From contig OX638340.1 of NCBI GenBank assembly GCA_951812955.1, positions 192,001 to 256,000 on the forward strand: a DNA stretch of 64,000 bases, read 5' to 3'. The notes beneath the pieces were generated by a model that worked only from the letters and a program-made list of their open reading frames with translations, did no database searches and had not been told where the DNA came from. Of this stretch, positions 49,080-59,204 are shown in pieces. Positions within the stretch are counted from its first letter, which is position 1, and every line of letters begins with the position of its first letter. A program made the position numbers and the translations under genes. The DNA is from an uncultured Gemmatimonadota bacterium (GTDB lineage: Bacteria > JAAXHH01).

Positions 49080-51749
49080 ATGGCCGAGGGCTTGTCCCCG
49101 CAATACGATCCCGGAACCGTCGAACGGAAGTGGTACGCTTTCTGGGAAGAAAACCAGTTCTTTCACGCCGACCCCGACTCCGGCAAGCCGCCCTATTCCA
49201 TCGTTATACCCCCTCCCAACATCACCGGCATACTCCATCTCGGACACGTGCTGAACAACACGATCCAGGACGTGCTTATCCGATTCAAGCGCATGCAGGG
49301 CTTCGAAACCCTCTGGATGCCGGGAACGGATCATGCCGGTATCGCCACGCATGTCGTAGTCGAAAGGATGCTCGCCGAGCGGGGCATCGACCGAGAGGAA
49401 ATAGGTCGAGAGAGATTTGTGGAGGAAGTATGGAAATGGCGGGAGCAGTACGGCGGCACGATCGTCCGCCAGTTGAAGGAACTCGGTTGCTCATGTGACT
49501 GGAAGCGCGAGCGTTTCACCTTGGATGAAGGGCTTTCCAGGGCGGTTGCCACGGTATTCGTCGCGCTTTTCGAAAAGAAGATGATCTATCGGGGCGATCG
49601 CATCATCAACTGGTGCACCCGCTGCAATACAGCCCTGTCCAATGAGGAAGCCGTTCCCCTGGAAGAGCAGGGATCGCTGTGGCAGATCCGATATCCCCTG
49701 GAAAACCGAGATGGAGGGATCAGTATCGCCACGACGAGACCGGAGACCATGCTCGGTGACGCGGCGGTCGCGGTCCATCCGGAGGACGACCGTCACGCAC
49801 ACCTGGTGGGCGAACGGGTGAAGCTGCCTTTGACGGATCGGACCATCCCGGTCATTGCGGACGCGGAACTGGTGGACATGGCATTCGGAACGGGTGCCGT
49901 TAAAGTGACGCCGGCCCATGATTTCAACGATTTCATCATCGGCAACAAACACGATTTACCCCGAGTCGTGGTTATGGACGAGGACGGCGTGATGAACGAT
50001 GCCGCGGGCCTCGTCTACAAGGGACTGGACCGGTTCGACTGCAGGCGCAGGGTCGTGAAAGACCTCGAAGATCTCGGCTTGCTCGAAGGGATCGATGGGC
50101 ACGTCCATGCCGTGCGCCACTGCCAGCGTTGCGACTCGGTCCTCGAACCCCGGCTTTCACGACAGTGGTTTCTGAAGACCCGGCCACTCGCCCTGCGCCT
50201 CCTGCACGCCCTCGAAAAGGACGGATTGCCGGGTTTTACGCCGGAGCACTGGAAAAAGACGTACCGCCACTGGCTGGAGAACATCGAAGACTGGTGTCTT
50301 TCCCGGCAGCTGTGGTGGGGGCACCGCATCCCGGTCTGGTATTGCGAGTCGTGCGAAAGCGCGCACGCGGGCGTCGAAGCGCCCGCCGGTTGCGGCAGTT
50401 GCGGCCACGGCGTCCTGCGTCAGGACGAAGACGTGCTCGACACGTGGTTTTCCTCGGCCCTCTGGCCCTTTTCGACCATGGGCTGGCCGGACCGGACCGG
50501 GGAACTCCGAACCTTCTATCCCACTTCCACACTGGTTACCGGCCACGATATCCTGTTCTTCTGGGTCGTTCGCATGATGATGATGGGTTATGAGTTCATG
50601 GACGACCGGCCCTTCGACGACGTCTATCTGACGAGCCTGGTCCGCGACATTAAGGGACGCAAACTGAGCAAATCGCTCGGTAATTCGCCCGATCCCCTCG
50701 AGGTCATGGACACCTACGGCACCGACGCGCTGCGATACGCGATGATGCTGATCGCGCCGCACGGACAGGACTTGCTCTATTCCAACGAACAGGTTGAGGT
50801 GGGCCGTAATTTCGCGAACAAGATGTGGAACGCCGCACGGCTGGTGCTTATGCATCAAAAGCAGCCCGCACCCCAACACCTGATTCCCGAAAACCTCTGG
50901 GACCGCTGGATTTTGTCACGAATGGCGAGAACCGTCGATCAGGTAACCCAGTCCCTGGAGAGATACGCTTTCCACGAGACGGCGCTGCTGCTATACGATT
51001 TTTTCTGGCACGACTACTGCGATTGGTATCTCGAAACGATAAAGCAACGGGTCTACGACGAATCGAATCTCGATTCCGGGGAACAGGCACGGCGCACGGC
51101 CCTGCTTGTACTGGAACGGACGCTACGCCTGTTTCATCCGTTCATGCCGTTCATCACCGAGGAAATCTGGCAGCAGTTGAGGCCCTATCTGGCGGATGAT
51201 GACGCGGAACCGCCCGGCATCGTCGTAGCTCCCTGGCCGGAGGCGCATCCGGATTGGATTCAAACGGACGCCGAAGGGGACGTTCGCTTCGTACAGGAAT
51301 TGATCGGGGCCATCCGGGGCGTACGAGCCGATTTCCGGGTTCATCCTACCCGGGAAATGACGGTGTACTGCCAGGTCGCGGACACCGGGCTGATTGACGT
51401 GCTGTCCGGCGAGGCCGCGACGGTCCGGTCTCTGGCCAGAAGCGAATTGGTGTTTGTCGACGGCGACGGGGACCGGCCGGCCGGTTGCGCGTCCGGCGTG
51501 CTGCGAGACATGGAGTTCTACATCCCACTTATTGGACTGATCGACCTGGAGATCGAAACGGAACGTCTTTCGAAGGAGAGGAACCGGGTCGAGCAGGAGC
51601 TGGAAAAGGTCCGCAAGCGCCTGTCGAATGGCCAGTTCGTAAACAAGGCGCCAGCGGATGTCGTAGAGAAGGAAAAGAACAAGCAGAACGACTACGAGGA
51701 CATGATCGGCAGACTGAATCGGAATCTCGAAATGATTTGTGCCGGATGA
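49080..51749 (+). CDS. valS: Valine--tRNA ligase
   Basis: HIGH-type PNITGILHLGH, KMSKS-type KLSKSLGN, CP1 editing domain, C-terminal coiled coil. Confidence 0.95.
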   Translation: MAEGLSPQYDPGTVERKWYAFWEENQFFHADPDSGKPPYSIVIPPPNITGILHLGHVLNNTIQDVLIRFKRMQGFETLWMPGTDHAGIATHVVVERMLAERGIDREEIGRERFVEEVWKWREQYGGTIVRQLKELGCSCDWKRERFTLDEGLSRAVATVFVALFEKKMIYRGDRIINWCTRCNTALSNEEAVPLEEQGSLWQIRYPLENRDGGISIATTRPETMLGDAAVAVHPEDDRHAHLVGERVKLPLTDRTIPVIADAELVDMAFGTGAVKVTPAHDFNDFIIGNKHDLPRVVVMDEDGVMNDAAGLVYKGLDRFDCRRRVVKDLEDLGLLEGIDGHVHAVRHCQRCDSVLEPRLSRQWFLKTRPLALRLLHALEKDGLPGFTPEHWKKTYRHWLENIEDWCLSRQLWWGHRIPVWYCESCESAHAGVEAPAGCGSCGHGVLRQDEDVLDTWFSSALWPFSTMGWPDRTGELRTFYPTSTLVTGHDILFFWVVRMMMMGYEFMDDRPFDDVYLTSLVRDIKGRKLSKSLGNSPDPLEVMDTYGTDALRYAMMLIAPHGQDLLYSNEQVEVGRNFANKMWNAARLVLMHQKQPAPQHLIPENLWDRWILSRMARTVDQVTQSLERYAFHETALLLYDFFWHDYCDWYLETIKQRVYDESNLDSGEQARRTALLVLERTLRLFHPFMPFITEEIWQQLRPYLADDDAEPPGIVVAPWPEAHPDWIQTDAEGDVRFVQELIGAIRGVRADFRVHPTREMTVYCQVADTGLIDVLSGEAATVRSLARSELVFVDGDGDRPAGCASGVLRDMEFYIPLIGLIDLEIETERLSKERNRVEQELEKVRKRLSNGQFVNKAPADVVEKEKNKQNDYEDMIGRLNRNLEMICAG

Positions 51750-52573
51750 GCGTCGAACGCTATATTGATTTACACGCCCACAGCGACTGTTCGGATGGCG
51801 TCGATACCCCCGAAGAGCTCGTTGCCAAGGCCCGCGCCGCCGGTTTGCACGCACTGGCGATCACTGACCACGACGCGGTGGACGGCGTTGAGCGGGCGCG
51901 TCGCGTTTCTCCCGGGGACCTGGAGATCGTGTCCGGCGTGGAACTCAGTGCGAGGGAAGGCGCTTCCGACGTGCATGTGCTGGGTTATTGCTTCGATCCG
52001 GCCAACCCGGAGTTGCTTGCTTATCTGGAAACCTTCAGGTCAAACCGGTTGAGCCGGGCGGAAGGAATCGTACAGAAGCTCAATGACCTGGGCGTGACGC
52101 TCGAACTGGAATCGGTCTTCGCCCACGCGCGGGACGCCAAAGCCAGCATTGGCAGACCGCATATCGCCCGGGCGTTGGTGGAAAGCCGCCAGGTCGGTTC
52201 CATGCAGGACGCCTTTACGAAGTACCTCGGCAATCATGCCCCCGCCTATGTGCCCAAGATGCTGTTCACTGTCGGGAATGCGGTTCAGATCATTCACGAC
52301 GCGGGCGGCGTGGCGGTGCTGGCCCACCCGGGTTCCCTTCGGCGGGACGAGTTGATTCCCGGATTCATCGAATCCGGATTGGACGGCCTGGAGGTCATCC
52401 ACCCGGACCACTCGTCAACGGTCCGTCGTTATTACGGACAACTGGCGTCAAAGAACAGGCTGGTTACAACGGGTGGATCGGACTACCACGGACCGCGGCC
52501 GGACCGATGCGGCCTGGGTGGAATGAAGGTTCCTTATCGACATCTGGCCGACTTGAAACGGATTTCGGACTGA
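51746..52573 (+). CDS. PHP-domain metal-dependent phosphoesterase (TrpH/YciV-like)
   Basis: IDLHAHSDCSDG and LAITDHD histidine motifs of PHP family; ATGA start/stop overlap with valS. Confidence 0.8.
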   Translation: MSVERYIDLHAHSDCSDGVDTPEELVAKARAAGLHALAITDHDAVDGVERARRVSPGDLEIVSGVELSAREGASDVHVLGYCFDPANPELLAYLETFRSNRLSRAEGIVQKLNDLGVTLELESVFAHARDAKASIGRPHIARALVESRQVGSMQDAFTKYLGNHAPAYVPKMLFTVGNAVQIIHDAGGVAVLAHPGSLRRDELIPGFIESGLDGLEVIHPDHSSTVRRYYGQLASKNRLVTTGGSDYHGPRPDRCGLGGMKVPYRHLADLKRISD

Positions 52574-52633
52574 ATCCAGCTGACTTGCCGCGCTTTCGGT
52601 CTAGGGTTTCAGAAGGAATCAAGGAGACGAAAT

Positions 52634-53668
52634 ATGCGTTTTATCCTGCCGGACTTCTTTTCTAATGATATCGGCATCGATCTGGGTACGGCCAATACGC
52701 TCGTATATGTCCGTGGCAGAGGCATTGTGATCAACGAGCCATCCGTGGTGGCCGTCAATACCAAGTCCGGGAAAGTCGTCGCCGTCGGTGCCGAGGCTAA
52801 AGTCATGCTCGGAAGGGAGCCGCCCGATCTCAAGGCGCACCGGCCGTTGCGCGATGGCGTGATTGCCGACTTCGAGTATACGGAAGCGATGATTCGATAC
52901 TTCATCCGCAAGGTCCTCAAGAATTCATTCTTCATTCGGCCACGCGTCGTGGCATGTATTCCCTCGGGAGTGACCGACGTTGAAATGAGGGCGGTCCGGG
53001 ATTCGGCGGAGCGAGCGGGCGCCAAGGAAGTGATGTTGATATCCGAGCCCATGGCGGCCGCTATCGGTTGTTCGTTGCCCGTGGATGAACCGGTGGGCAG
53101 CATGATCATCGATATCGGCGGCGGGACGTCGGAGATCGCCGTGATCTCCCTTGGCGGCATCGTGACGGCAAAGTCGGTACGCATCGGCGGCGATGAAATG
53201 GACGAGGCAATCATCAACCACATGAAGAACGACTGCAACCTTCAGATCGGCTACAATATGGCCGAACAGATCAAGTGGAATCTCGGGTCGGCCTATCCGG
53301 TGTTCGACAAGGAACTGGATATGACGGTAAAGGGGCTCGATCTGATCGACAGGATACCACGTTCTGTAGTTGTCGATTCCCTGGCGATTCGCAGGGTACT
53401 TTCCCAGCCGCTCGACGGGGTGATCATGGCAGTGCGGCAAACCCTGGAATTGACACCGGCGGAACTGGCGGCCGATATTATCGATCGCGGTATCATCATA
53501 AGCGGAGGCGGGTCCCGGCTGCCCGGCCTGGACAGGCAGATCACGAAGGAGACCAAGCTGCCGGTAAGGCTCGATGAGGAGCCTATGACGTCCGTTGTTC
53601 GGGGAGCGGGAAAGATCATAGAGAACTTTGCCGCTTACGAGACTATGCTGAGCGTCCTGAAGGACTAG
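52634..53668 (+). CDS. mreB: Rod shape-determining protein MreB
   Basis: IGIDLGTANTLVYV, IIDIGGGTSEIAVIS actin-like motifs. Confidence 0.95.
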   Translation: MRFILPDFFSNDIGIDLGTANTLVYVRGRGIVINEPSVVAVNTKSGKVVAVGAEAKVMLGREPPDLKAHRPLRDGVIADFEYTEAMIRYFIRKVLKNSFFIRPRVVACIPSGVTDVEMRAVRDSAERAGAKEVMLISEPMAAAIGCSLPVDEPVGSMIIDIGGGTSEIAVISLGGIVTAKSVRIGGDEMDEAIINHMKNDCNLQIGYNMAEQIKWNLGSAYPVFDKELDMTVKGLDLIDRIPRSVVVDSLAIRRVLSQPLDGVIMAVRQTLELTPAELAADIIDRGIIISGGGSRLPGLDRQITKETKLPVRLDEEPMTSVVRGAGKIIENFAAYETMLSVLKD

Positions 53669-53669
53669 C

Positions 53670-54485
53670 ATGTTCCGGTTCTTTTACGTTCTGTATCACC
53701 AACGCCAGTACACAGCTTTCGCGCTCGCCATGGTCATCTCGATCCTGCTTCTGACGGCGTCCCCGCAGCGGCAGATCGGTGTCATGCGGATCGTCTGGTT
53801 GACTGTGCTGACGCCTTTTCAGGAAGCGTTCGCCTTCATTCCGTCGTATTTCAACCTCAAATCCGAAAACCAGCTGCTGCGACAGAAACTCGTCCAGATG
53901 CAATTGCAGACCGCCGATCTCGAGGAACGAAGATTTGAAAACCAGCGGCTGCGCGGGCTCCTCAGTCTGAAGGACAGAAAGAAGTATACCTATGTGCCCG
54001 CCGAAGTCGTCGGCTGGAATACCGATCAGAGGCTGAACACCATTATCATCGATGTCGGTCGTTTCGATCAGATCCGCAAGTACATGGCCGTAGTGATGGA
54101 AGACGGTGTCCTGGGTAGAATCATCGAAGTCGGCCTGACTTCGTCCTACGTGCAATTGCTTTCCGACAGAAACTGCCGTATCAGCGGCCTGGTCCAGCGA
54201 AGCCGGGAACAGGGAATCATCCGCTACCAGAATGAAGCGTTGTATATGCAGTTGCCATTACGGGCAGACGTCCGTCTAGGCGACCGCGTGGTGACATCCG
54301 GCCTGGGGGAGACCTTTCCTTCGGGATTGCCCGTTGGCAGTATAAGCCGGATCGCACTCGGAAGCCGGAACCTTTTCAAGCAGGTAACGATCACTCCCGC
54401 GGTGGAACTGAATCGTCTGGAGGAGGTGTTTGTGATCGCGGGTGAAGAAACACCTGCCGCGGCCGATTCGCTCCAGGTCGAGTAA
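53670..54485 (+). CDS. mreC: Rod shape-determining protein MreC
   Basis: N-terminal TM, coiled coil (NQLLRQKLVQMQLQTADLEERRFENQRL), beta-rich C-terminal domain; position. Confidence 0.8.
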   Translation: MFRFFYVLYHQRQYTAFALAMVISILLLTASPQRQIGVMRIVWLTVLTPFQEAFAFIPSYFNLKSENQLLRQKLVQMQLQTADLEERRFENQRLRGLLSLKDRKKYTYVPAEVVGWNTDQRLNTIIIDVGRFDQIRKYMAVVMEDGVLGRIIEVGLTSSYVQLLSDRNCRISGLVQRSREQGIIRYQNEALYMQLPLRADVRLGDRVVTSGLGETFPSGLPVGSISRIALGSRNLFKQVTITPAVELNRLEEVFVIAGEETPAAADSLQVE

Positions 54486-54526
54486 TCTCGGGTTCGACGA
54501 GCCGGTTTTTATGATCCAGCTATTCC

Positions 54527-55027
54527 ATGCACTTAAAACACGCTATCCTACTGTTCCTGGCATTTGTAATCGACAGTACCTGGGGACACGAAATCGCCAT
54601 ACGGACTATCAGGCCGGATTTCGTACTGATGATCCTGATCTTTGGCGCGATGGGATCGGGCGCCTTCTGGGGGACCATCCTGGGCTTCAGCGTAGGGCTC
54701 ATGGAGGATTTCAACAGCACGCCTGTGAACCTGGGACTCAATGCCATGTGCAATACGCTGATCGCATACGGCGTGGGAATTGCCGGAAAAACGCTCTACA
54801 GGGACAGTCTCTCTACCCTGCTGCTCACGCTGCTTGCCGCCAGCCTGGTCCACGCCGTCATTTACTGGCTGGTATTCACCCGGTTCCAACTGGCTGAATC
54901 TGTATTCATGCTGGCAACGGTCTCATTGCCCACGATGCTTTACACCGTCTCCGTAGCCCTGTTGCTCGTGCTCGGATTGACCTATCGACAGGGACAGATC
55001 AATGTCCGGTGGCTTTTCCCAGAATGA
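54527..55027 (+). CDS. mreD: Rod shape-determining protein MreD
   Basis: 166-aa polytopic membrane protein following mreC. Confidence 0.7.
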   Translation: MHLKHAILLFLAFVIDSTWGHEIAIRTIRPDFVLMILIFGAMGSGAFWGTILGFSVGLMEDFNSTPVNLGLNAMCNTLIAYGVGIAGKTLYRDSLSTLLLTLLAASLVHAVIYWLVFTRFQLAESVFMLATVSLPTMLYTVSVALLLVLGLTYRQGQINVRWLFPE

Positions 55028-56822
55028 CAATTCCTCGCACAGGGGCCAGTTGTACCTGTTTATGGGCATCGTAACGGCACTCTTTCTGCTACTGGCCGTT
55101 CGCCTGTTTTATTTTCAGGTCATTTCGGGCGAGGAGTACCGGGCGCATTCGGAACGGAACCGGATTCGGCCGGTCGTGCTCGAAGCGCTGCGTGGATTGA
55201 TCCTGGACCGCTACGGGGTCGTCCTGGCGGAGAACAGTCCATCCTATACCATTGACGCCGTTCCTTTCGAGACCTCCGACGAAACAGTGGACTACTTGGG
55301 GGAACTCACCGGGCAGGATGTCCAGGCTATTCGAAGGCGTATTCGCGATCCGTCCGTGAACCGGTTCAATCCCATACCCGTTCAGCGGAACGTTTCCTTT
55401 AATATCGCGTCCCAGGTCGAAGAACACTTGCTGGACCTTCCCGGTGTATTCGTTCAGATAACCCCCGGCCGGATGTACGGCAAGGGAACGCTGGCGAGCC
55501 ACGTGCTCGGTTACGTTTCCGAAATAAGCCGTGCGGAACTCGATGGACTGGCCGACGAAGGATATCGATCCGGCGACATCATCGGAAAACTGGGGGTAGA
55601 AAAGTCCTTTGAACAACACCTTCGCGGCCAGAACGGCCTGGAGTTCATGGAAGTCAACGCGCGCGGCGAGGAACTCGGACCACTGCCCGGCATGCCGGTC
55701 CTTCTGCCGGAGACGGGAAACAACGTTTATCTGACCCTGGATACCCGGATTCAGTCCGTAGCCGAGGAGGCGGTTCCCGACAGCCTGGCCGGAGCGCTGG
55801 TCGCGGTGGAACCCAGGACAGGCGCGGTCATCGCGATCGTCAGCAGGCCCGGATACGACCCGAACCTGTTCACGGAGTGGATTCCCCAGGAGACGTGGGA
55901 TACGCTTCGCAATCATCCACTGAAGCCGCTGTTGGACCGGACCCGGGACGGGCAGTATCCGCCGGCTTCGACGATGAAAATCGTAACAGCCAGCGCCGCG
56001 CTGGAAGAAGATCTGGTCACGCCGAACTCGGTATTCCGTTCCTGTAACCGAGGTTACCAATTTGGCAATCGCTGGGCGGGTTGCTGGACCTCCGGTCACG
56101 GTTCCATGTCATTCAGGGATGCTATGACCAATTCCTGCGATGTCTATTTCTACCAGGTGGGACACCTGCTTGGATTGGATCGATGGGGCAGGTACGCGCG
56201 GGGCTTCGGCTTCGGAGTCCCTTCCGGTATCGACGCGGGCGTCGAACAGGCCGGACTGGTACCCGATGCCGACTATTACGATCCGGCGAAGAACCGTGTC
56301 TGGACTCCCGGCAAGATTCTCAACCTGGCGATCGGCCAGGGCGAGCTGCTCGTTACTCCCCTGCAGATGGCAATGATGACAGCCGCGGTGGCGAATGGAG
56401 GCGTGCTGTACAAGCCATACATACTCGACCGGGTTGAATCGGCCGACGGAGAAACGGTGACAACCGGCGAGCCGAGGATCAGGGACTGGCTGCCTGTTTC
56501 CGTCGAAACACTGCGTCTGATCCAGGATTCCATGATCGCTGTGGTGAACGAAGGAACCGCGAGGTCGGCGCAACTGCCCTACGCGCAATTGGCGGGGAAG
56601 ACGGGCACGGCGGAGAATCCGCACGGCCTGGATCATTCGTGGTTTATCGCGTACGCTCCGGCGGAAGCGCCCCGTATAGCCGTTGCTGCGGTCATGGAGA
56701 ACGCGCCTTCGGGCTCTGCCGTACCCGTCGTACGGAAGGTAATCGACGCCTATCTCTCCCTGGAGAACCGACCTGTTGCCGGCCGCATCGACGAAGATTC
56801 CGCGGATTACGCCATACCCTAG
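55002..56822 (+). CDS. mrdA: Peptidoglycan D,D-transpeptidase MrdA (PBP2)
   Basis: SxxK ASTMKIV, SxN SCD-region, KTGT AGKTGTA; start may be internal ATG ~55062. Confidence 0.88.
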   Translation: MSGGFSQNDNSSHRGQLYLFMGIVTALFLLLAVRLFYFQVISGEEYRAHSERNRIRPVVLEALRGLILDRYGVVLAENSPSYTIDAVPFETSDETVDYLGELTGQDVQAIRRRIRDPSVNRFNPIPVQRNVSFNIASQVEEHLLDLPGVFVQITPGRMYGKGTLASHVLGYVSEISRAELDGLADEGYRSGDIIGKLGVEKSFEQHLRGQNGLEFMEVNARGEELGPLPGMPVLLPETGNNVYLTLDTRIQSVAEEAVPDSLAGALVAVEPRTGAVIAIVSRPGYDPNLFTEWIPQETWDTLRNHPLKPLLDRTRDGQYPPASTMKIVTASAALEEDLVTPNSVFRSCNRGYQFGNRWAGCWTSGHGSMSFRDAMTNSCDVYFYQVGHLLGLDRWGRYARGFGFGVPSGIDAGVEQAGLVPDADYYDPAKNRVWTPGKILNLAIGQGELLVTPLQMAMMTAAVANGGVLYKPYILDRVESADGETVTTGEPRIRDWLPVSVETLRLIQDSMIAVVNEGTARSAQLPYAQLAGKTGTAENPHGLDHSWFIAYAPAEAPRIAVAAVMENAPSGSAVPVVRKVIDAYLSLENRPVAGRIDEDSADYAIP

Positions 56823-56841
56823 GAAATACGCCTGAAATCCC

Positions 56842-58059
56842 ATGGAAATCCACTTAAACCGCACACTCGTCATCATATCCCTCCTGTTGTCCGTGATCGG
56901 CATTATCGTGATCTACAGCGCCACGCGGGACGTAACCGGTCTGGGCATGTCCCGTTTCATGCTGCAGTCCATGTGGTTCCTGACCGGTATCGGGGTCATG
57001 TACGTGACTTCGGTGTTGCCGACCCGGTTCCTTCAGGCCATTACCATCCCGGTATTCGTGCTGGTGATGGTCCTGCTGGTCATCGTTCTGACCACCGAGA
57101 CAGTCAAGGGGTCCAGCCGGTGGATCAGATTCGGCTTTATCGGCATACAGCCTTCCGAGCTGGCGAAAATCGCCGTCATCATGGCGCTCGCACTGTATCT
57201 TTCCCAGGTGCGGTCCAACATTCACCGGCCATCGGTTATAGCCACCTGCGGGTTTATCGTGGCGCTGCCCGTTTTCCTGATTCTGTCGCAGCCCGACCTG
57301 GGCACTTCCATCGTTTTTGGAGCGATCCTATGCGGCGTGCTGCTCTGGGCGGGGTTGAGCGTCCTCGAACTGATTCTCATGGTTTCTCCCCTGATCGGTG
57401 TCGTTATCGGCGTCGTGAGCGGGTTCGACTGGGTAATCTGGTCGGTATTCATTCTGAGCGTGGCCGGGATCATGTATCTGAAGCGGCCTCCCCGGTTCGT
57501 CACCATATTCCTGATCGTGGCTCATCTGGGCGTTGGCCTGGGCGCCGAACCGCTCTGGGATTCGCTGCACGACTATCAGCAGCAGCGCGTCGAAACCTTT
57601 CTGAATCCTCAGGTCGATCCCAAAGGCGCGGGTTACCAGATCATCCAATCCAAAATCGCCATCGGATCAGGCGGATTGACCGGGCGTGGGTTTCTGCAGG
57701 GATCTCAAACCCACCTTGCGTTCCTCCCCGAACAGCACACTGATTTCATCTTCTCCGTCATCGCCGAGGAATTCGGGTTCTTGGGCTCGATCGCCGTCCT
57801 CGGGCTGTACTACGTCTTCATACTCATCGGCATCAATATCGCCATGAACGTCAAGAGCCGGTACCAGGCCATGCTGGCGGCCGGTTGCGTTTCCGTTTTC
57901 ACTTTTCACGTGGTCATGAACATTGGGATGGCCGTCGGTGTGCTGCCGATCGCCGGCGTACCCCTTCCTTTTCTCAGCTACGGCGGCTCTTTTTTAATGT
58001 CCAGCCTGATACTGTGCGGCCTGTTGTTGAATGTCTGGCGTCATCGATTTGACTACTGA
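56842..58059 (+). CDS. rodA: SEDS-family peptidoglycan glycosyltransferase RodA (MrdB)
   Basis: LPEQHTDFIFSVIAEEFGF, LPLPFLSYGGSFLM; follows mrdA. Confidence 0.9.
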   Translation: MEIHLNRTLVIISLLLSVIGIIVIYSATRDVTGLGMSRFMLQSMWFLTGIGVMYVTSVLPTRFLQAITIPVFVLVMVLLVIVLTTETVKGSSRWIRFGFIGIQPSELAKIAVIMALALYLSQVRSNIHRPSVIATCGFIVALPVFLILSQPDLGTSIVFGAILCGVLLWAGLSVLELILMVSPLIGVVIGVVSGFDWVIWSVFILSVAGIMYLKRPPRFVTIFLIVAHLGVGLGAEPLWDSLHDYQQQRVETFLNPQVDPKGAGYQIIQSKIAIGSGGLTGRGFLQGSQTHLAFLPEQHTDFIFSVIAEEFGFLGSIAVLGLYYVFILIGINIAMNVKSRYQAMLAAGCVSVFTFHVVMNIGMAVGVLPIAGVPLPFLSYGGSFLMSSLILCGLLLNVWRHRFDY

Positions 58060-58091
58060 ATCCCATCTCCCGTCGCGAACAAGGATATAAA

Positions 58092-58925
58092 ATGCATCCC
58101 ATACTTTTTGAGATCGGCCCACTGACTGTACGAACCTACGGCCTTTTGCTTGCCGTATCCTTCATGGTTGGGATTCTCCTGGCGCTTAGACGATCCAGGG
58201 CCCGTGGCTTGAACCAGAACAAGATGGTCAACATGAGCCTGCTCATCATGCTCACGGGCATCGTCGGCGCCAGGATCATGTATGTCATACCCCACTGGAA
58301 CGAGTTCAGTGCGAACCCCCTCGATATCATCAGTCCCTTTCAAAGCTCCGGTTCGATCGGTCTGACCGGATTGACCCTGTACGGCGGATTCATCGCGGCG
58401 GTCCTGGCATCCATACTGTACCTTCGCATGAACAGGCTGTCGGTATGGAAGGCCTGCGACGCCTTTGCACCGAGTATCGCCCTCGGTATCGGGATCAGCC
58501 GCGTCGGTTGCTTTATGAACGGCTGCTGTTTCGGACTTCCCACCGAGTCGGCCCTGGGTGTAGTCTTCCCGGCGTTCAGCGCGGCGGGCTCTTTCTATCC
58601 GGACGTCTCGCTTCATCCCGCCCAGCTGTACAACGCCGTACTGGGCTTCAGCCTCTTCGGCCTGTTGATGTGGCTGGACCGTAAGCCTCGATTCGACGGA
58701 TTCCTCTTTGCCATGCTGCTGATTACAGAACCCATCACTCGGTTTTTCGTCGATCTGTTCAGGTACTATGAATCCAGCATGACGCTGGGCAACCTGGGCG
58801 GCGCGGTCCTTTCGGTAAACCAGGGGATCAGTATCGTTTTGTGCGGCGTTGGGTTCCTCCTCCTGGGGTGGCTCAGAAACCGCGCCCGGCGACGTTCGGA
58901 TCGGAGTCGGCCCCGTCGTGCGTGA
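58092..58925 (+). CDS. lgt: Phosphatidylglycerol:prolipoprotein diacylglyceryl transferase
   Basis: Lgt signature region FPDVSLHPAQLYNAVLGFSLFGLLMWL and G-rich TM helices. Confidence 0.88.
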   Translation: MHPILFEIGPLTVRTYGLLLAVSFMVGILLALRRSRARGLNQNKMVNMSLLIMLTGIVGARIMYVIPHWNEFSANPLDIISPFQSSGSIGLTGLTLYGGFIAAVLASILYLRMNRLSVWKACDAFAPSIALGIGISRVGCFMNGCCFGLPTESALGVVFPAFSAAGSFYPDVSLHPAQLYNAVLGFSLFGLLMWLDRKPRFDGFLFAMLLITEPITRFFVDLFRYYESSMTLGNLGGAVLSVNQGISIVLCGVGFLLLGWLRNRARRRSDRSRPRRA

Positions 58926-58958
58926 CGTAATCCGGTACGGCGGTCCATTTTCTTTCGC

Positions 58959-59062
58959 GCTTCAGTCCAGCCATCATCCGTGCTGACGCGGGCCGATGAT
59001 CCGCCGGAACGCTTCAGTCCAGCCATCATCCTTGCTGACGCGGGCCGTTGATCCGCCGGAAC
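58959..59062 (+). repeat. 52-bp direct tandem repeat, 2 copies (2 mismatches) in lgt/comF intergenic region
   Basis: gcttcagtccagccatcatcc(g/t)tgctgacgcgggccg(a/t)tgatccgccggaac at 58959-59010 and 59011-59062. Confidence 0.9.
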
Positions 59063-59204
59063 GATTACGCCGGTATCTCGCACAATATGCGAGAAACGGG
59101 CTGCGGTTATAGACTGATATAAGAAAGGAACCGCTGGAAACAGGTTTCGCTTCGACGGACGCGCCGGTCTTCGGTGATCCCCTTCCTATACGAATCGATC
59201 GTGC

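Noticed and set aside
51485-51745. Longer N-terminal extension of the PHP protein (ORF opens at 51485)
   Set aside because: That segment overlaps the valS C-terminal coiled-coil coding region in another frame and is Arg/Gly-rich. The conserved PHP N-terminus (IDLHAHSDCSDG) begins right at ATG 51746.
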